From Parcubacteria group bacterium Gr01-1014_20 (GTDB lineage: Bacteria; Patescibacteriota; Minisyncoccia; UBA6257; 2-01-FULL-56-20): DNA of 64,000 nucleotides. Shown in pieces: positions 10,479 to 19,468 of this stretch (position 1 is its first letter; each line of letters opens with the position of its first letter). Below the pieces are notes generated by a model. The model was not told the origin of the DNA. It ran no database searches and saw only the letters and a program-made list of their open reading frames with translations. The position numbers and the translations under genes were made by a program. Location of the stretch: NCBI GenBank assembly GCA_007376265.1, contig VMFW01000005.1, positions 198 to 64,197 on the forward strand. Direction: 5' to 3'.

Positions 10479-11802
10479 TTCTAAAAACTTGTTTCTGCTT
10501 TTGGTTGACGTAGTCGCATTTTACGCGGCGCTTTTTTTGTCGCTCCTCGTTCGAACTGGACAAAGCTTTTCTTTGGACCAATACGGCCCCCACTTTAAGC
10601 CTTTTTCGCTCCTGCTCTTTGTTTGGCTTTTAATTTTTTACATTGTCGGACTTTACGACTTGAGGAATTTTTCTAAGCGGATCGCCTACCTCAAGATTTT
10701 CTTCATGGGGGTATTGGTCGCGCTGGCCGTGAGTCCAATTTTTTTCTATCTATATCCATCACTTAACATCGCTCCAAAGAGTATCTTGATACTGCTTTCG
10801 ATTTTTTTCGGCCTCATTAGCTATTACCTGCGTGAACTTATCGATAGGTACTATTTGGGATCAAAGGCGATCCTCAAGGTGTCGATTATCGGAAAGGGTG
10901 GAGATGTTACGGAGCTGATTAATTATTTAAGAGAGAATCCACAGATGGGATATAAGGTGGATTTATGGATTAGTGACTATATTAACGAGGATATCCCAGA
11001 CTTGATTCGGAAACGCGAAGTAGATGTGGTGGTGGTTCCCTCGAAACTCAGAAACGATAAGCGGCTGGTTTCAGAAATTTATCGTGAACTTTTGAAGGGG
11101 GTGGATGTGGTGAGTTTTTCGGAGTTTTACGAAACCGTCTTCGGAAAAGTTTCGATGGATGAACTTGAAGAGAATTGGTTTCTTGAAAAAATCAAGCCGA
11201 GGGATGGCTTCTATCTTTTTACAAAAAGGCTGGGAGACATCTTCTTGGCTTTGTTTATATTTTTAGTCACGCTTATTTTCTGGCCAATCACTGCTTTGAT
11301 TATTAAGTTAAGCTCGAAGGGATCGGTTTTCTTTATGAACAAGAGGGTTGGCCTCCGGGAGAAAAACTTCATGGTTTACAAGTTTCGAACCATGAGTGAC
11401 GGGAGTGATAAATTTGAGAAGATTGGTGAAAATTTCGGGGTCCAAAAAAATGATGGGCGCGTTTTTGGCTTCGGGAAGATTCTCCGGAAACTTCGAATCG
11501 ATGAGTGGCCACAAGTGATTAATATTTTAAAAGGCGAACTTTCTTTTGTCGGTCCGCGAGCGGACTTTATCGATTTTTACTACTTTCTAAAGGAGAAGAT
11601 CCCCCACTATCAGATCCGGACAATTCTTTTGCCGGGCTTAACTGGCTGGGCCCAGGTGCATGACAAGTTTGGCAGTTCGGTGGAAGACACCCGCGAGAGG
11701 TTGGCATACGACATCTACTACATCAAGAACCGATCTTTCGTGCTCGATTTTGTGATTGGTCTCAAAACCCTGAAGACGATTTTTACGTTTTCGGGGATGT
11801 AG
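10468..11802 (+). CDS. polyprenyl-phosphate sugar-1-phosphate transferase (bacterial sugar transferase, WbaP/PglC-like; initiating enzyme)
   Basis: 444 aa. N-terminal TM helices and a C-terminal bacterial sugar transferase domain (FKFRTM...DELPQ-like WPQVINILKGELSFVGPR). Confidence 0.8.
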   Translation: MRINSKNLFLLLVDVVAFYAALFLSLLVRTGQSFSLDQYGPHFKPFSLLLFVWLLIFYIVGLYDLRNFSKRIAYLKIFFMGVLVALAVSPIFFYLYPSLNIAPKSILILLSIFFGLISYYLRELIDRYYLGSKAILKVSIIGKGGDVTELINYLRENPQMGYKVDLWISDYINEDIPDLIRKREVDVVVVPSKLRNDKRLVSEIYRELLKGVDVVSFSEFYETVFGKVSMDELEENWFLEKIKPRDGFYLFTKRLGDIFLALFIFLVTLIFWPITALIIKLSSKGSVFFMNKRVGLREKNFMVYKFRTMSDGSDKFEKIGENFGVQKNDGRVFGFGKILRKLRIDEWPQVINILKGELSFVGPRADFIDFYYFLKEKIPHYQIRTILLPGLTGWAQVHDKFGSSVEDTRERLAYDIYYIKNRSFVLDFVIGLKTLKTIFTFSGM

Positions 11803-11829
11803 GAAAGAGTGTGTCCTGGGGGATATATT

Positions 11830-12825
11830 TTAGCTGGCGAATTTGCCTTTGGTGGCTAGAAGCGCATCGGTTGAATTGTATTTATAGGCAAAACCAAATT
11901 TGGTGATTTTAGTGCCATCGACGATGATGGGGTACGAGTAAGAGTTAATAACGCCGGGCGGAGTGGGGATTTTTCCCAAACTTAAATGCCAAGTGAGAAA
12001 GAAAAATATTTGGGCGAACTGGTGGGGAATTTTAAGAGTTTTCTTTCTTAGAATCTTCGCGATCTCTCTGAAAGTAAAAAAGCCTTTCGAGGCGAGATTC
12101 AACGGAATAATCTTTGGTTCTGTTTGGTGCGTAAGCCAGAAGTTGACGGCAGAGACGACATCATCTTCGTGAACGTACTGGCGGGCGGATTTTTCGCTGG
12201 TGATAGGGAGGAAGGGAAGGAGGCCCTTCATGAAACTCAAGAGGCCGGTTTTTTTGACCACGTTCTGAAGAAACGGGCCTGAAACCGAACCAACTCTTAA
12301 ACAAATGACTTCGGTTTTCGGATGATGTTTCTCAAAGATTTCAGATAGTTTCTTTTCGATGATTTTTTTGTCTCGGCCGTAGGCGATAATGGTTTCTTGG
12401 GCTTCGCTCTCTTCGGTAAAAGGATTGTTTAATTCATTTTTGGCATGGGCGCCGTAGACAGCAACGGTGCTAAAGTGAATGAGTTTCTTAACTTCGCTTT
12501 TGAGGGCAAAGTCGAAAACGTTTTCGGCGCCTTGAAAGTTGGAGTGCTCTTGGTACTCGCGATCTTTTTTAAAATAAGGAGTGCGGATAAAATAGGCGGC
12601 ATGAACTACAACGTCGACAGGTAGGAATACCTCGAGTTCTTTTTCGAGGTCGGTATCGGCTAGGTTCTTTTGGATAAAATGAACCTTGGGGTGGTCGGCT
12701 TTCCATAGAAAGCGGGGTTGACTCACGTCCAACGCAATGATTTTTTCAACATTTTTGTCTTCAAGCCACGAGGAAACTAGCTGACTGCCAATGTAGCCAC
12801 TAGCACCGGTTAAAAGGATTTTCAT
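11830..12825 (-). CDS. NAD-dependent epimerase/dehydratase (extended SDR)
   Basis: MKILLTGASGYIGS Rossmann motif. 331 aa. Confidence 0.7.
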   Translation of the reverse strand: MKILLTGASGYIGSQLVSSWLEDKNVEKIIALDVSQPRFLWKADHPKVHFIQKNLADTDLEKELEVFLPVDVVVHAAYFIRTPYFKKDREYQEHSNFQGAENVFDFALKSEVKKLIHFSTVAVYGAHAKNELNNPFTEESEAQETIIAYGRDKKIIEKKLSEIFEKHHPKTEVICLRVGSVSGPFLQNVVKKTGLLSFMKGLLPFLPITSEKSARQYVHEDDVVSAVNFWLTHQTEPKIIPLNLASKGFFTFREIAKILRKKTLKIPHQFAQIFFFLTWHLSLGKIPTPPGVINSYSYPIIVDGTKITKFGFAYKYNSTDALLATKGKFAS

Positions 12826-12851
12826 TTATTTAGTTCTAGTTTTGATGTCGG

Positions 12852-13553
12852 TTACCATTCTTTGATGGCTTTTTCCCAGCGTTCTAAATTACCACAATCA
12901 TACCACCGTCCATTTTCGAATTTGTAGCCGATTAACTTTCCGGCAATAGCGAGTTTGGGAAAAACGTCTTTTTCGATCATTAGGAAATCTTGGGTGAGAT
13001 CGGCGTAATCGAAAACCGAGGGTTCAAGGATGTAAAGCCCCGAATTTATAAACTCCGAAGGTGGGTTTTCTGGCTTTTCTAAAAATTCAGTAATCTTATG
13101 GCTGTTCATGACGGGAACTCCGTATTCTTCTGGATTCTGAACCTTTACGAGAGCAATAGTGGCGACGGGTTTTTCGCTCTCATGAAAACTTTTGAGCGCA
13201 GTGAGATCAAAATCTTTGAGTTCATCACCATTTGAAAGAATAAACTTCTCGTTACCCAACCAATCGCGAAGATTTTTTAACCACCCAAAAGTGCCGCTTG
13301 GTTTTTCCTCGAAGAATATGCTAATCTTGGCATTAGTTAAATCTGGAGTCCAGATTTTTTCCCACCTCGAAAAATCCAGTTCGTGACTACGACTAACCAA
13401 CACACCGATATCGTCCACGCCGTGGCGAGAAAGAAGATCGATGAGGTGATTCAGAATTGGTTTTTTCTTGACGGTAAGCAGGGGTTTGGGAATCTCGTAG
13501 GTAATCGGACGAAGGCGCGTCCCCAGGCCTCCAGCTAGAATGATGGCTTTCAT
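12852..13553 (-). CDS. sugar-phosphate nucleotidyltransferase
   Basis: MKAIILAGGLGTRLRPITYEIPKPLL G-loop. 233 aa. Confidence 0.8.
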   Translation of the reverse strand: MKAIILAGGLGTRLRPITYEIPKPLLTVKKKPILNHLIDLLSRHGVDDIGVLVSRSHELDFSRWEKIWTPDLTNAKISIFFEEKPSGTFGWLKNLRDWLGNEKFILSNGDELKDFDLTALKSFHESEKPVATIALVKVQNPEEYGVPVMNSHKITEFLEKPENPPSEFINSGLYILEPSVFDYADLTQDFLMIEKDVFPKLAIAGKLIGYKFENGRWYDCGNLERWEKAIKEW

Positions 13554-13580
13554 GTTGTGGTGAGCCTCATTATAAAATAA

Positions 13581-15059
13581 ATGATCAGAAAAATAAAGAC
13601 CTTCCTCTTTACTAACCAGACCAACCGGCAGACCATCGCCAAGAACACATTTTGGCTGGGAATAAGCAACATTGGTGGTCGTTTGATCAAAGCGATCATC
13701 ATTGTGTACGCTGCGAGGGTCCTGGGAGCCGCCGAGTGGGGAGTTTTCTCTTACGCTGTGACTTTGACAGCTTTTCTTACAGTTTTCACGGATTTCGGTA
13801 TCAATTCAATATTAGTAAGAGAATCATCCAGGATAGAAAGCGCCGAGGAGAGATCTAGACTTTTATCAACGTCGTTTTTGATTAAGTGTCTAATGCTCGC
13901 ATTCGGAGTGATCTTGATTATTTTTGTGGCACCCTTGATGACAAGCATTGAAGGAGTTAAGGAAATACTACCGATTGTGGCTTTTATTTTGATCTTTGAC
14001 ACGCTCCGGGAGTTCGGTTTTGCCCTAAACAAAGTCTTCGAGCGGATGGAACGGGAGGCCGGGCTTTTTATATTGACGAATGTAGCAATCGTGGTTTTTG
14101 GTTTTGTTTTTCTCGCAATCAGTCCGACCATTAAAGCTTTTGCCTATTCGTACGCCATAGGAACCGGACTAGGGATGTTGGCCACAGCCTGGATGCTCAA
14201 GAAGAGCATTGGTAAGATTTTTTCTGATTTTAACAAAAAATTCGTAAAACCCATTTTTTTGACGGCTTGGCCATTTGCAATATCGGGGGTCTTAGGAATC
14301 TTGATGATTAACACGGACATTTTAATAATTGGAAATTTGCTTTCAGCTGAAGACGTGGGATTATACTCGGCGGCGGACAGGATTATTCAGATCTTGTACG
14401 TTCTGCCAAGCATGGTGGTTGGTGGTATTTTGCCAACTTTTTCAAGACTGGCAGTTACAAACGGTAATAAAATGCGATTGACGATGGAAAACGTGATCGC
14501 ACTATTGCTACTCGTAGCGGTCCCAATATCAGTTGGAGGGTTTCTTTTCGGAGAAGAAATTATTGCTCTTCTTTTCGGTAATAGTTATATGGGGGCCGCT
14601 TCTTCTTTTCAAATTTTGGCGTTGACTTTGATGTTTAATTTTCCAGCGGTTATTTTGAGCAGCGCTATCTTTGCCTACAATCGTCAGAAGGCTTTGATCG
14701 TTAACGCGGCGGTGGCGGGTGGGGCGAATGTGGCACTGGACTTGATTTTGATCCCGACCATGGGAATCTTTGGTTCAGCAATCGCAACTTTCTCGGCTCA
14801 GATTTTCAGCAATATTTACTTGTGGAGCAAGATGAAGGGTATTAACTACTTTAAGGTTTGGCCTTATTTAAAAAAGGTGGTAATTGCGACGGCAGTAATG
14901 ACGGTTTTTATACTGGTAATGAAGTGGCTGCATGTGGGGATAGGTTTTGGAATTCCTACGGCCGTCTTGATTTACTTCGGCACACTATTGTTCTTGAAAG
15001 AAAAATTAATTTACGACCTTAAGTCGGTGTGGCATTCAACCTTCAAACCAGTAGTTTAG
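13581..15059 (+). CDS. wzx: Wzx-type oligosaccharide flippase (polysaccharide biosynthesis protein, MOP superfamily)
   Basis: 492 aa with ~12-14 TM helices. N-terminus QTIAKNTFWLGISNIGGRLIKAIIIVYAARVLG is typical of PST/Wzx. Confidence 0.75.
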   Translation: MIRKIKTFLFTNQTNRQTIAKNTFWLGISNIGGRLIKAIIIVYAARVLGAAEWGVFSYAVTLTAFLTVFTDFGINSILVRESSRIESAEERSRLLSTSFLIKCLMLAFGVILIIFVAPLMTSIEGVKEILPIVAFILIFDTLREFGFALNKVFERMEREAGLFILTNVAIVVFGFVFLAISPTIKAFAYSYAIGTGLGMLATAWMLKKSIGKIFSDFNKKFVKPIFLTAWPFAISGVLGILMINTDILIIGNLLSAEDVGLYSAADRIIQILYVLPSMVVGGILPTFSRLAVTNGNKMRLTMENVIALLLLVAVPISVGGFLFGEEIIALLFGNSYMGAASSFQILALTLMFNFPAVILSSAIFAYNRQKALIVNAAVAGGANVALDLILIPTMGIFGSAIATFSAQIFSNIYLWSKMKGINYFKVWPYLKKVVIATAVMTVFILVMKWLHVGIGFGIPTAVLIYFGTLLFLKEKLIYDLKSVWHSTFKPVV

Positions 15060-15883
15060 GAAGAAAAAACCACTTTTTTGATCCTAGAGAGAACCGGATT
15101 GAGTGTTTTTTTGATGGCGTCTGGAAGTTGTGTGTAGAGATAGTAAGAACAAACGAAGAGGAGGGCTTTGGGGTAGCGGGGGTATAGTTTTCGATAACGA
15201 TCAACAATCCTTATCGCTGAGGAAGCAGCTTCTTTTTGCCTACTAAATGACATGCCCCCTTCCCACATTTGATATTTAGTAAAGTATTCCTGAAAGTTAT
15301 AGAGCTTGCCCTTTAATCCTATTTTTAACCAAAACTCCCAATCAGCAAACTGAAGCATAGACTCATCGTATAGGCCTATTTTTTTGGCTAGCGCGAAACG
15401 GAATACGGAGGTGGCATTTACAATCGGATTGGCCACAAGGGCATTTTTTTTAATGTCCTCATCTTTTTCAGGCTTGAAACTTTTTATTTTTTCTTCTCCG
15501 TTTTTATCAGCAACAACGAATCCCCCGCCACAGCCAACATAATCTTTATTTTCGTCGAGAAATCGAACCTGTTTCGCTAGTTTTTGGGGATCAATCCAAT
15601 AATCATCATCGTCTAAAATGGCGATATACTCACCCGTGGCTTCCTTCAGGCCGAAGTTGGAAATTTTGGCGATGCGACCAAAATGGGGGCCTTTGAGGTA
15701 CTTAATCCGACTGTCTTTCTCTGCTAGGCCTAGGACTACTTTTTCGGTTTCATCAGTGGAGCCGTCGTCGGCAACGATTAACTCCCAATCTTTGAACGTT
15801 TGGGTTAAGACACTTTCTATCGCCCGACTAACAAACTGGACTCGATTGTGAGTGGCAATCAAAACAGTAACTTTGGGTTGCAT
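15056..15883 (-). CDS. glycosyltransferase family 2
   Basis: VTVLIATHNRVQFVSRAIESVLTQTF...ADDGSTD...DDDD motifs. Confidence 0.8.
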   Translation of the reverse strand: MQPKVTVLIATHNRVQFVSRAIESVLTQTFKDWELIVADDGSTDETEKVVLGLAEKDSRIKYLKGPHFGRIAKISNFGLKEATGEYIAILDDDDYWIDPQKLAKQVRFLDENKDYVGCGGGFVVADKNGEEKIKSFKPEKDEDIKKNALVANPIVNATSVFRFALAKKIGLYDESMLQFADWEFWLKIGLKGKLYNFQEYFTKYQMWEGGMSFSRQKEAASSAIRIVDRYRKLYPRYPKALLFVCSYYLYTQLPDAIKKTLNPVLSRIKKVVFSS

Positions 15884-15912
15884 GGACTACAGAATAACAG
15901 AAAAAAAATTGT

Positions 15913-15941
15913 TTGACAAAACAGAAGGAAATTATTAATAT
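15913..15941 (+). promoter_or_regulatory. sigma70-like promoter TTGACA-17 bp-TAATAT
   Basis: TTGACA at 15913-15918, TAATAT at 15936-15941. AAGGAGG RBS then GTG start at 15978. Confidence 0.55.
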
Positions 15942-15977
15942 TCAGCCGCACATTAAAAACTAAATAAGGAGGTTTGA

Positions 15978-16727
15978 GTGATCACGCTTTTAGCGATTAT
16001 GGGGCGCGGTATTCAGAAAACTGAGGGCGCCGGTGGTTTTTTCGGTTGGTCGTTAACCGAAGACCTGGAGGTGATGGAAGAAGATGGAGCTCACGCTGTT
16101 TATCGAAAACCAGTCGATGATGAAAATGTAAATTGTATGATTGGCGGCGGTCAGCTCAATATTTTGGCGGGAGCGGAGTTAATCTTGACTTACAGACCAA
16201 GGGTGGTCGTTTGCGCTTACGGACCTAGGTCCCAGTACTTGCGAGAAGTGGATGGGCGGAGCGAGAGCGAAGTAATGTCTAACGCCCTTCTGCAAATCCT
16301 TCCGATGTCTGGCCACTGCCCGCCGTTTTTGATGTCGCGCTGGGGCAGTGACAACGACCTGCCTGGACCATCAAACACGAAAACAGAGGTTGGCTACATT
16401 CTTGATTTAGCTTTGAACCAAAGCAATCGACGGGTAGGAATTGTAACGGTGGGCGTGCATTTGCCGAGAGTGATTCTCTTTGCGAAAGAACACCTGGAGA
16501 GCGAGCGTTTTAAGGATCAAAACCTTGAAATCAATTTCTTTTCGAGCGAACAGGTGCTAATGGAATCTAGCCCTGCGGTTTTCGCCCCAAGAGTGACGGC
16601 CCTTCACAGCTCAAGAGCTTACCGGAGAAATGCTGAACGAGAAGCTCGCGGGATAGAGGCTATTCTCTCTGGCACTTACGGTCAGGGATACGAGGCCTGG
16701 AGACCATTTAATGGAAAGAAGGGATAG
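15978..16727 (+). CDS. DUF218/YdcF/ElyC-like protein
   Basis: 249 aa. SESEVMSNALLQ...GPSNTKTEVGYILDL...VGIVTVGVHLPRVILFAKE resembles the DUF218 core (SEA..M...S.NT.EN...VTS..HM.R). GTG start with AAGGAGG RBS. Confidence 0.45.
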   Translation: MITLLAIMGRGIQKTEGAGGFFGWSLTEDLEVMEEDGAHAVYRKPVDDENVNCMIGGGQLNILAGAELILTYRPRVVVCAYGPRSQYLREVDGRSESEVMSNALLQILPMSGHCPPFLMSRWGSDNDLPGPSNTKTEVGYILDLALNQSNRRVGIVTVGVHLPRVILFAKEHLESERFKDQNLEINFFSSEQVLMESSPAVFAPRVTALHSSRAYRRNAEREARGIEAILSGTYGQGYEAWRPFNGKKG

Positions 16728-16730
16728 CGG

Positions 16731-17006
16731 ATGCTTGCCACCACATTTGGGTATGTAGCGGCGGTTACGGGAACATTTCTCATGCTACCCCAAGTCATCA
16801 AATCCTGGAGGACGAAAAGAGTGGAAGACTTGGCGATAGGCACGGTGATTCTCTACTTTGTAAACTGCTTGCTTTGGCTCATCTATGGAATTTTGATCAC
16901 CGCAACGCCTGTGATTGTGGCCAATGGCATTGGGCTTTTGGTCAGCATTTTCCAGGTAGCCATCAAGGTGAGGTATGGAAAACAAGGAGGGTTGAGTGCC
17001 AATTAG
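16731..17006 (+). CDS. SemiSWEET / PQ-loop sugar transporter (MtN3 family), 3-TM unit
   Basis: 91 aa. LPQVIKSWRTK PQ-loop motif with three predicted TM helices. Confidence 0.65.
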   Translation: MLATTFGYVAAVTGTFLMLPQVIKSWRTKRVEDLAIGTVILYFVNCLLWLIYGILITATPVIVANGIGLLVSIFQVAIKVRYGKQGGLSAN

Positions 17007-17733
17007 AGGCATCGCGCTTGACGCAGAGGGGGTGATGTTCGACTTTGAACGAGACGGGCACCACCTGGCGCATCGGAAGGTAGCCGCAGATCTAGGAGTG
17101 ACGCTGTCTGATATTGAAGCGCTTGAGGCTATCCCCAATTTAGTGGGAGGGCCCGGTAAACTCATTGCCAAACAGATTCACAATCTTGTAACCGAGAGAT
17201 TGGGGAGTTGCAGTTTGACACCCGAAGAAATCGAGGCTAAGAGCCGAAAATACTTCAAAGAGCTTTTCCTCAAAATGGCTTCGGGAGAGGTGAAGATTGA
17301 ACCTCGCCCGGGACTTCATGGAGCGATCTGTTTTTTCCGGAGCATAAATATTCCGGTTGTTGTTGGATCTTCGACCTGGCCCGAAGAATTCTGGATTTAC
17401 TGGTTTCGGACAGGACTGAAAGGCGCGTTCCCTAGCCTACAAGTAGTCCTGGCTAGCGAGGAAAATGGTATTCGGCATAAACCGGAACCAGATATCTTCC
17501 TCCGTACCGCCGAACTCATGGGTATCGGTCCGAAAGAACAGTTGATTTTCGAGGATTCACAGCGCGGAGTAGTGGCCGGAGTAGCCGCTGGATCAACGGT
17601 CATCGGAATGACAACCTATGATCATCCTCGAGAAATCATCCGTCTCTACGAAGCTGGAGCTAAACGAGTCTTCTCGGACTGGCGAGAAGTAAACTTACGC
17701 TCTTTGATCGACAACCTGAACTCGAGAAAGTAA
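16996..17733 (+). CDS. HAD-superfamily hydrolase (subfamily IA, beta-phosphoglucomutase/phosphatase-like)
   Basis: IALDAEGVMFDFE (DxD-like motif I region) and later ...FEDSQRGVVAGVAAG. GTG start with AGGAGGG RBS. Confidence 0.6.
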   Translation: MPIRGIALDAEGVMFDFERDGHHLAHRKVAADLGVTLSDIEALEAIPNLVGGPGKLIAKQIHNLVTERLGSCSLTPEEIEAKSRKYFKELFLKMASGEVKIEPRPGLHGAICFFRSINIPVVVGSSTWPEEFWIYWFRTGLKGAFPSLQVVLASEENGIRHKPEPDIFLRTAELMGIGPKEQLIFEDSQRGVVAGVAAGSTVIGMTTYDHPREIIRLYEAGAKRVFSDWREVNLRSLIDNLNSRK

Positions 17734-17770
17734 AAAACAACCGCTTCGATAATTATCGAAGCGGTTTTTC
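17732..17770. terminator. bidirectional rho-independent terminator
   Basis: AACCGCTTCGAT-aatt-ATCGAAGCGGTT hairpin flanked by an A-run and a T-run. It lies between the convergent HAD gene and the gmhB-fusion gene. Confidence 0.7.
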
Positions 17771-17777
17771 TATTTCT

Positions 17778-17981
17778 AGCTTTTGAGATATTCTTCAACC
17801 TCTCGGTATTTTTCCATGGTGTCGATACCCCTTGAATACTCACCACACTCGTAGCCGTAGAAGTTTTTGCCTTGGTCAATAACGGCGGGAAGAAGTTGTT
17901 TGCCAAGTTCGTAGGGTTGATTTTTTGGGATGTACGACAAAATTTCTTTTTTCAAAATGAAGACGCCTCGCAGGCGGTGGG
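17778..17981 (-). pseudogene. out-of-frame C-terminal part of a sugar nucleotidyltransferase domain, continuing the gmhB-fusion ORF after a frameshift
   Basis: Translation in an alternative frame gives ...FILKKEILSYIPKNQPYELGKQLLPAVIDQGKNFYGYECGEYSRGIDTMEKYREVEEYLKS*. This is a typical NTP-transferase C-terminus and ends exactly at the terminator. Confidence 0.5.
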
Positions 17982-18857
17982 CTAGTCGTCGGTGAGCTTG
18001 GTGCGTTGCATGCCAATGGGATCTTCCTTAGTCCAAAAGTTTTCAGCCATAGTGGTGTAGTCAATGAGGCTGACCATGTCACCATAGATAAGATAGAAGA
18101 GGTCGCCAATCTTACCCTCGAAGCTCTTCGCCCCTCCTGCAGTTCCCAAAATTTCTGCTTCCAAGTTGTAGTTGATCTTCACACCCCATTTGGAGCCATC
18201 GCCAAAGTAGTTCTGAATAACTTCTGGCAAATGGTGGAGGTTGATGAAGAACTCGCTCACTCCGTGACGCTTAAACTGATCAATGTTCCACTCGAGGAGA
18301 GGCTCTTTAACCGTAAAATTTGGCTTTATATGCTTAAAGTTTTCGTCGAGGGCGTGTCCTGGACCGGTTTTTACTAAAACGGTCTTAAGACCGGCACGCT
18401 TACCAGCAACCACATCGATCATGGCGTCCCCCACCATAAAGCTTTTCTTAGGATCAATGTTGAATTTTTTGAGAGCTTTCAGGATCATTCCGGGGGCTGG
18501 TTTGCGACAATTACATTTGATGCGATACTTTTTGACGTCGGCGTTTGGATGGTGCGGACAGAAATAAGCCGCGTCAATGCGGGCGCCAGATTGCCTTAGT
18601 TTTTCTTTCAGGTTATCGTGAATGACTTCTACTTCTTTGGGCGTAGCGAGGCCTCTTGCGATAACGGGCTGGTTAGAAACCAAAAAAACTAAAAAACCAT
18701 TGTCGTTCATGGTTTTAATCGCCTGGCTCGCGCGAGGGAGAAGTTTTAACTCTGCTGAGCTCCGCATGAGCTCAAAATGTTTTATGACTGTGCCATCACG
18801 ATCCAGAAAGAAAGCTTTTTGCTTTTTTAACTTGTTTGAGTTTGAACGGATTCCCAT
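17982..18857 (-). CDS. gmhB: D,D-heptose 1,7-bisphosphate phosphatase (GmhB, HAD-IIIA) fused to an N-terminally truncated sugar nucleotidyltransferase domain
   Basis: N-terminal ~175 aa FFLDRDGTVI...CNCRKPAPGM...MVGDAMIDVVAGKRAG is GmhB-like. The remainder, EPLLEWNIDQFKRHGVSEFF...EILGTAGG...LIYGDM, matches the middle of NTP transferases but lacks the GxGxRL loop. The reading frame breaks at 17982. Confidence 0.65.
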   Translation of the reverse strand: MGIRSNSNKLKKQKAFFLDRDGTVIKHFELMRSSAELKLLPRASQAIKTMNDNGFLVFLVSNQPVIARGLATPKEVEVIHDNLKEKLRQSGARIDAAYFCPHHPNADVKKYRIKCNCRKPAPGMILKALKKFNIDPKKSFMVGDAMIDVVAGKRAGLKTVLVKTGPGHALDENFKHIKPNFTVKEPLLEWNIDQFKRHGVSEFFINLHHLPEVIQNYFGDGSKWGVKINYNLEAEILGTAGGAKSFEGKIGDLFYLIYGDMVSLIDYTTMAENFWTKEDPIGMQRTKLTDD

Positions 18858-19441
18858 TTGCCAGGTTTAGTTTTGAAGTTAGGATGAGAGACGATGAGGT
18901 GCCAAATTACCGCCTGGAAGGCTTCGGTGTGAGGGGTAACGTTGTCAGGGTTCACGTTCGGAACAATGACACAGGCGTCGGCTACCTGGGCGGTGTAACC
19001 GCCATCACGACCAACGACGCCGATAACTTTCGCGCCGACTGATTTGGCAAGTTTGAGAGATTCGACAATGTTGGCACTAATGTTTTTCTCGGCGTTACCA
19101 CCACCGACAGAAAAAACCATAATGGCATCTTTTTTATTCAAAGCACTCCCCAAGAGCCAGTTGGCAAAAACAGTGTGCCAACCATCGTCATTGGTTCGAG
19201 TGGTGAGCTCTGAAACGTTATCAACGGGGGTGTAAGCTTCAATGCCGCCGAGATTTCTAAAGTCGTTTACGGCGTGGCTCGCGTGGCCGGCGCCACCGCC
19301 GACGCCAATAATAAAGAGACGGCCCTTCTCGTCTCGAACATTTTTTAGAAGGCCGATCATATTGCTCACTGATTCTTGGTCAACCTTGTCAGCAATCTCT
19401 TTAACTTCAGCTAGATAGGTTTTGATGTAATCTTTATACAT
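18827..19441 (-). CDS. gmhA: SIS-domain sedoheptulose-7-phosphate isomerase (GmhA/DiaA family)
   Basis: 204 aa. RLFIIGVGGGAGHASHAVNDF...VFSVGGGN SIS motifs. Confidence 0.7.
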   Translation of the reverse strand: MYKDYIKTYLAEVKEIADKVDQESVSNMIGLLKNVRDEKGRLFIIGVGGGAGHASHAVNDFRNLGGIEAYTPVDNVSELTTRTNDDGWHTVFANWLLGSALNKKDAIMVFSVGGGNAEKNISANIVESLKLAKSVGAKVIGVVGRDGGYTAQVADACVIVPNVNPDNVTPHTEAFQAVIWHLIVSHPNFKTKPGKWESVQTQTS

Positions 19442-19468
19442 GAGGGGATGATTTTTGGGTGGTAGGTT

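Noticed and set aside
13751-14131. Minus-strand 126-aa ORF inside wzx
   Set aside because: It is antisense to a convincing multi-TM flippase gene, with a basic low-complexity translation.
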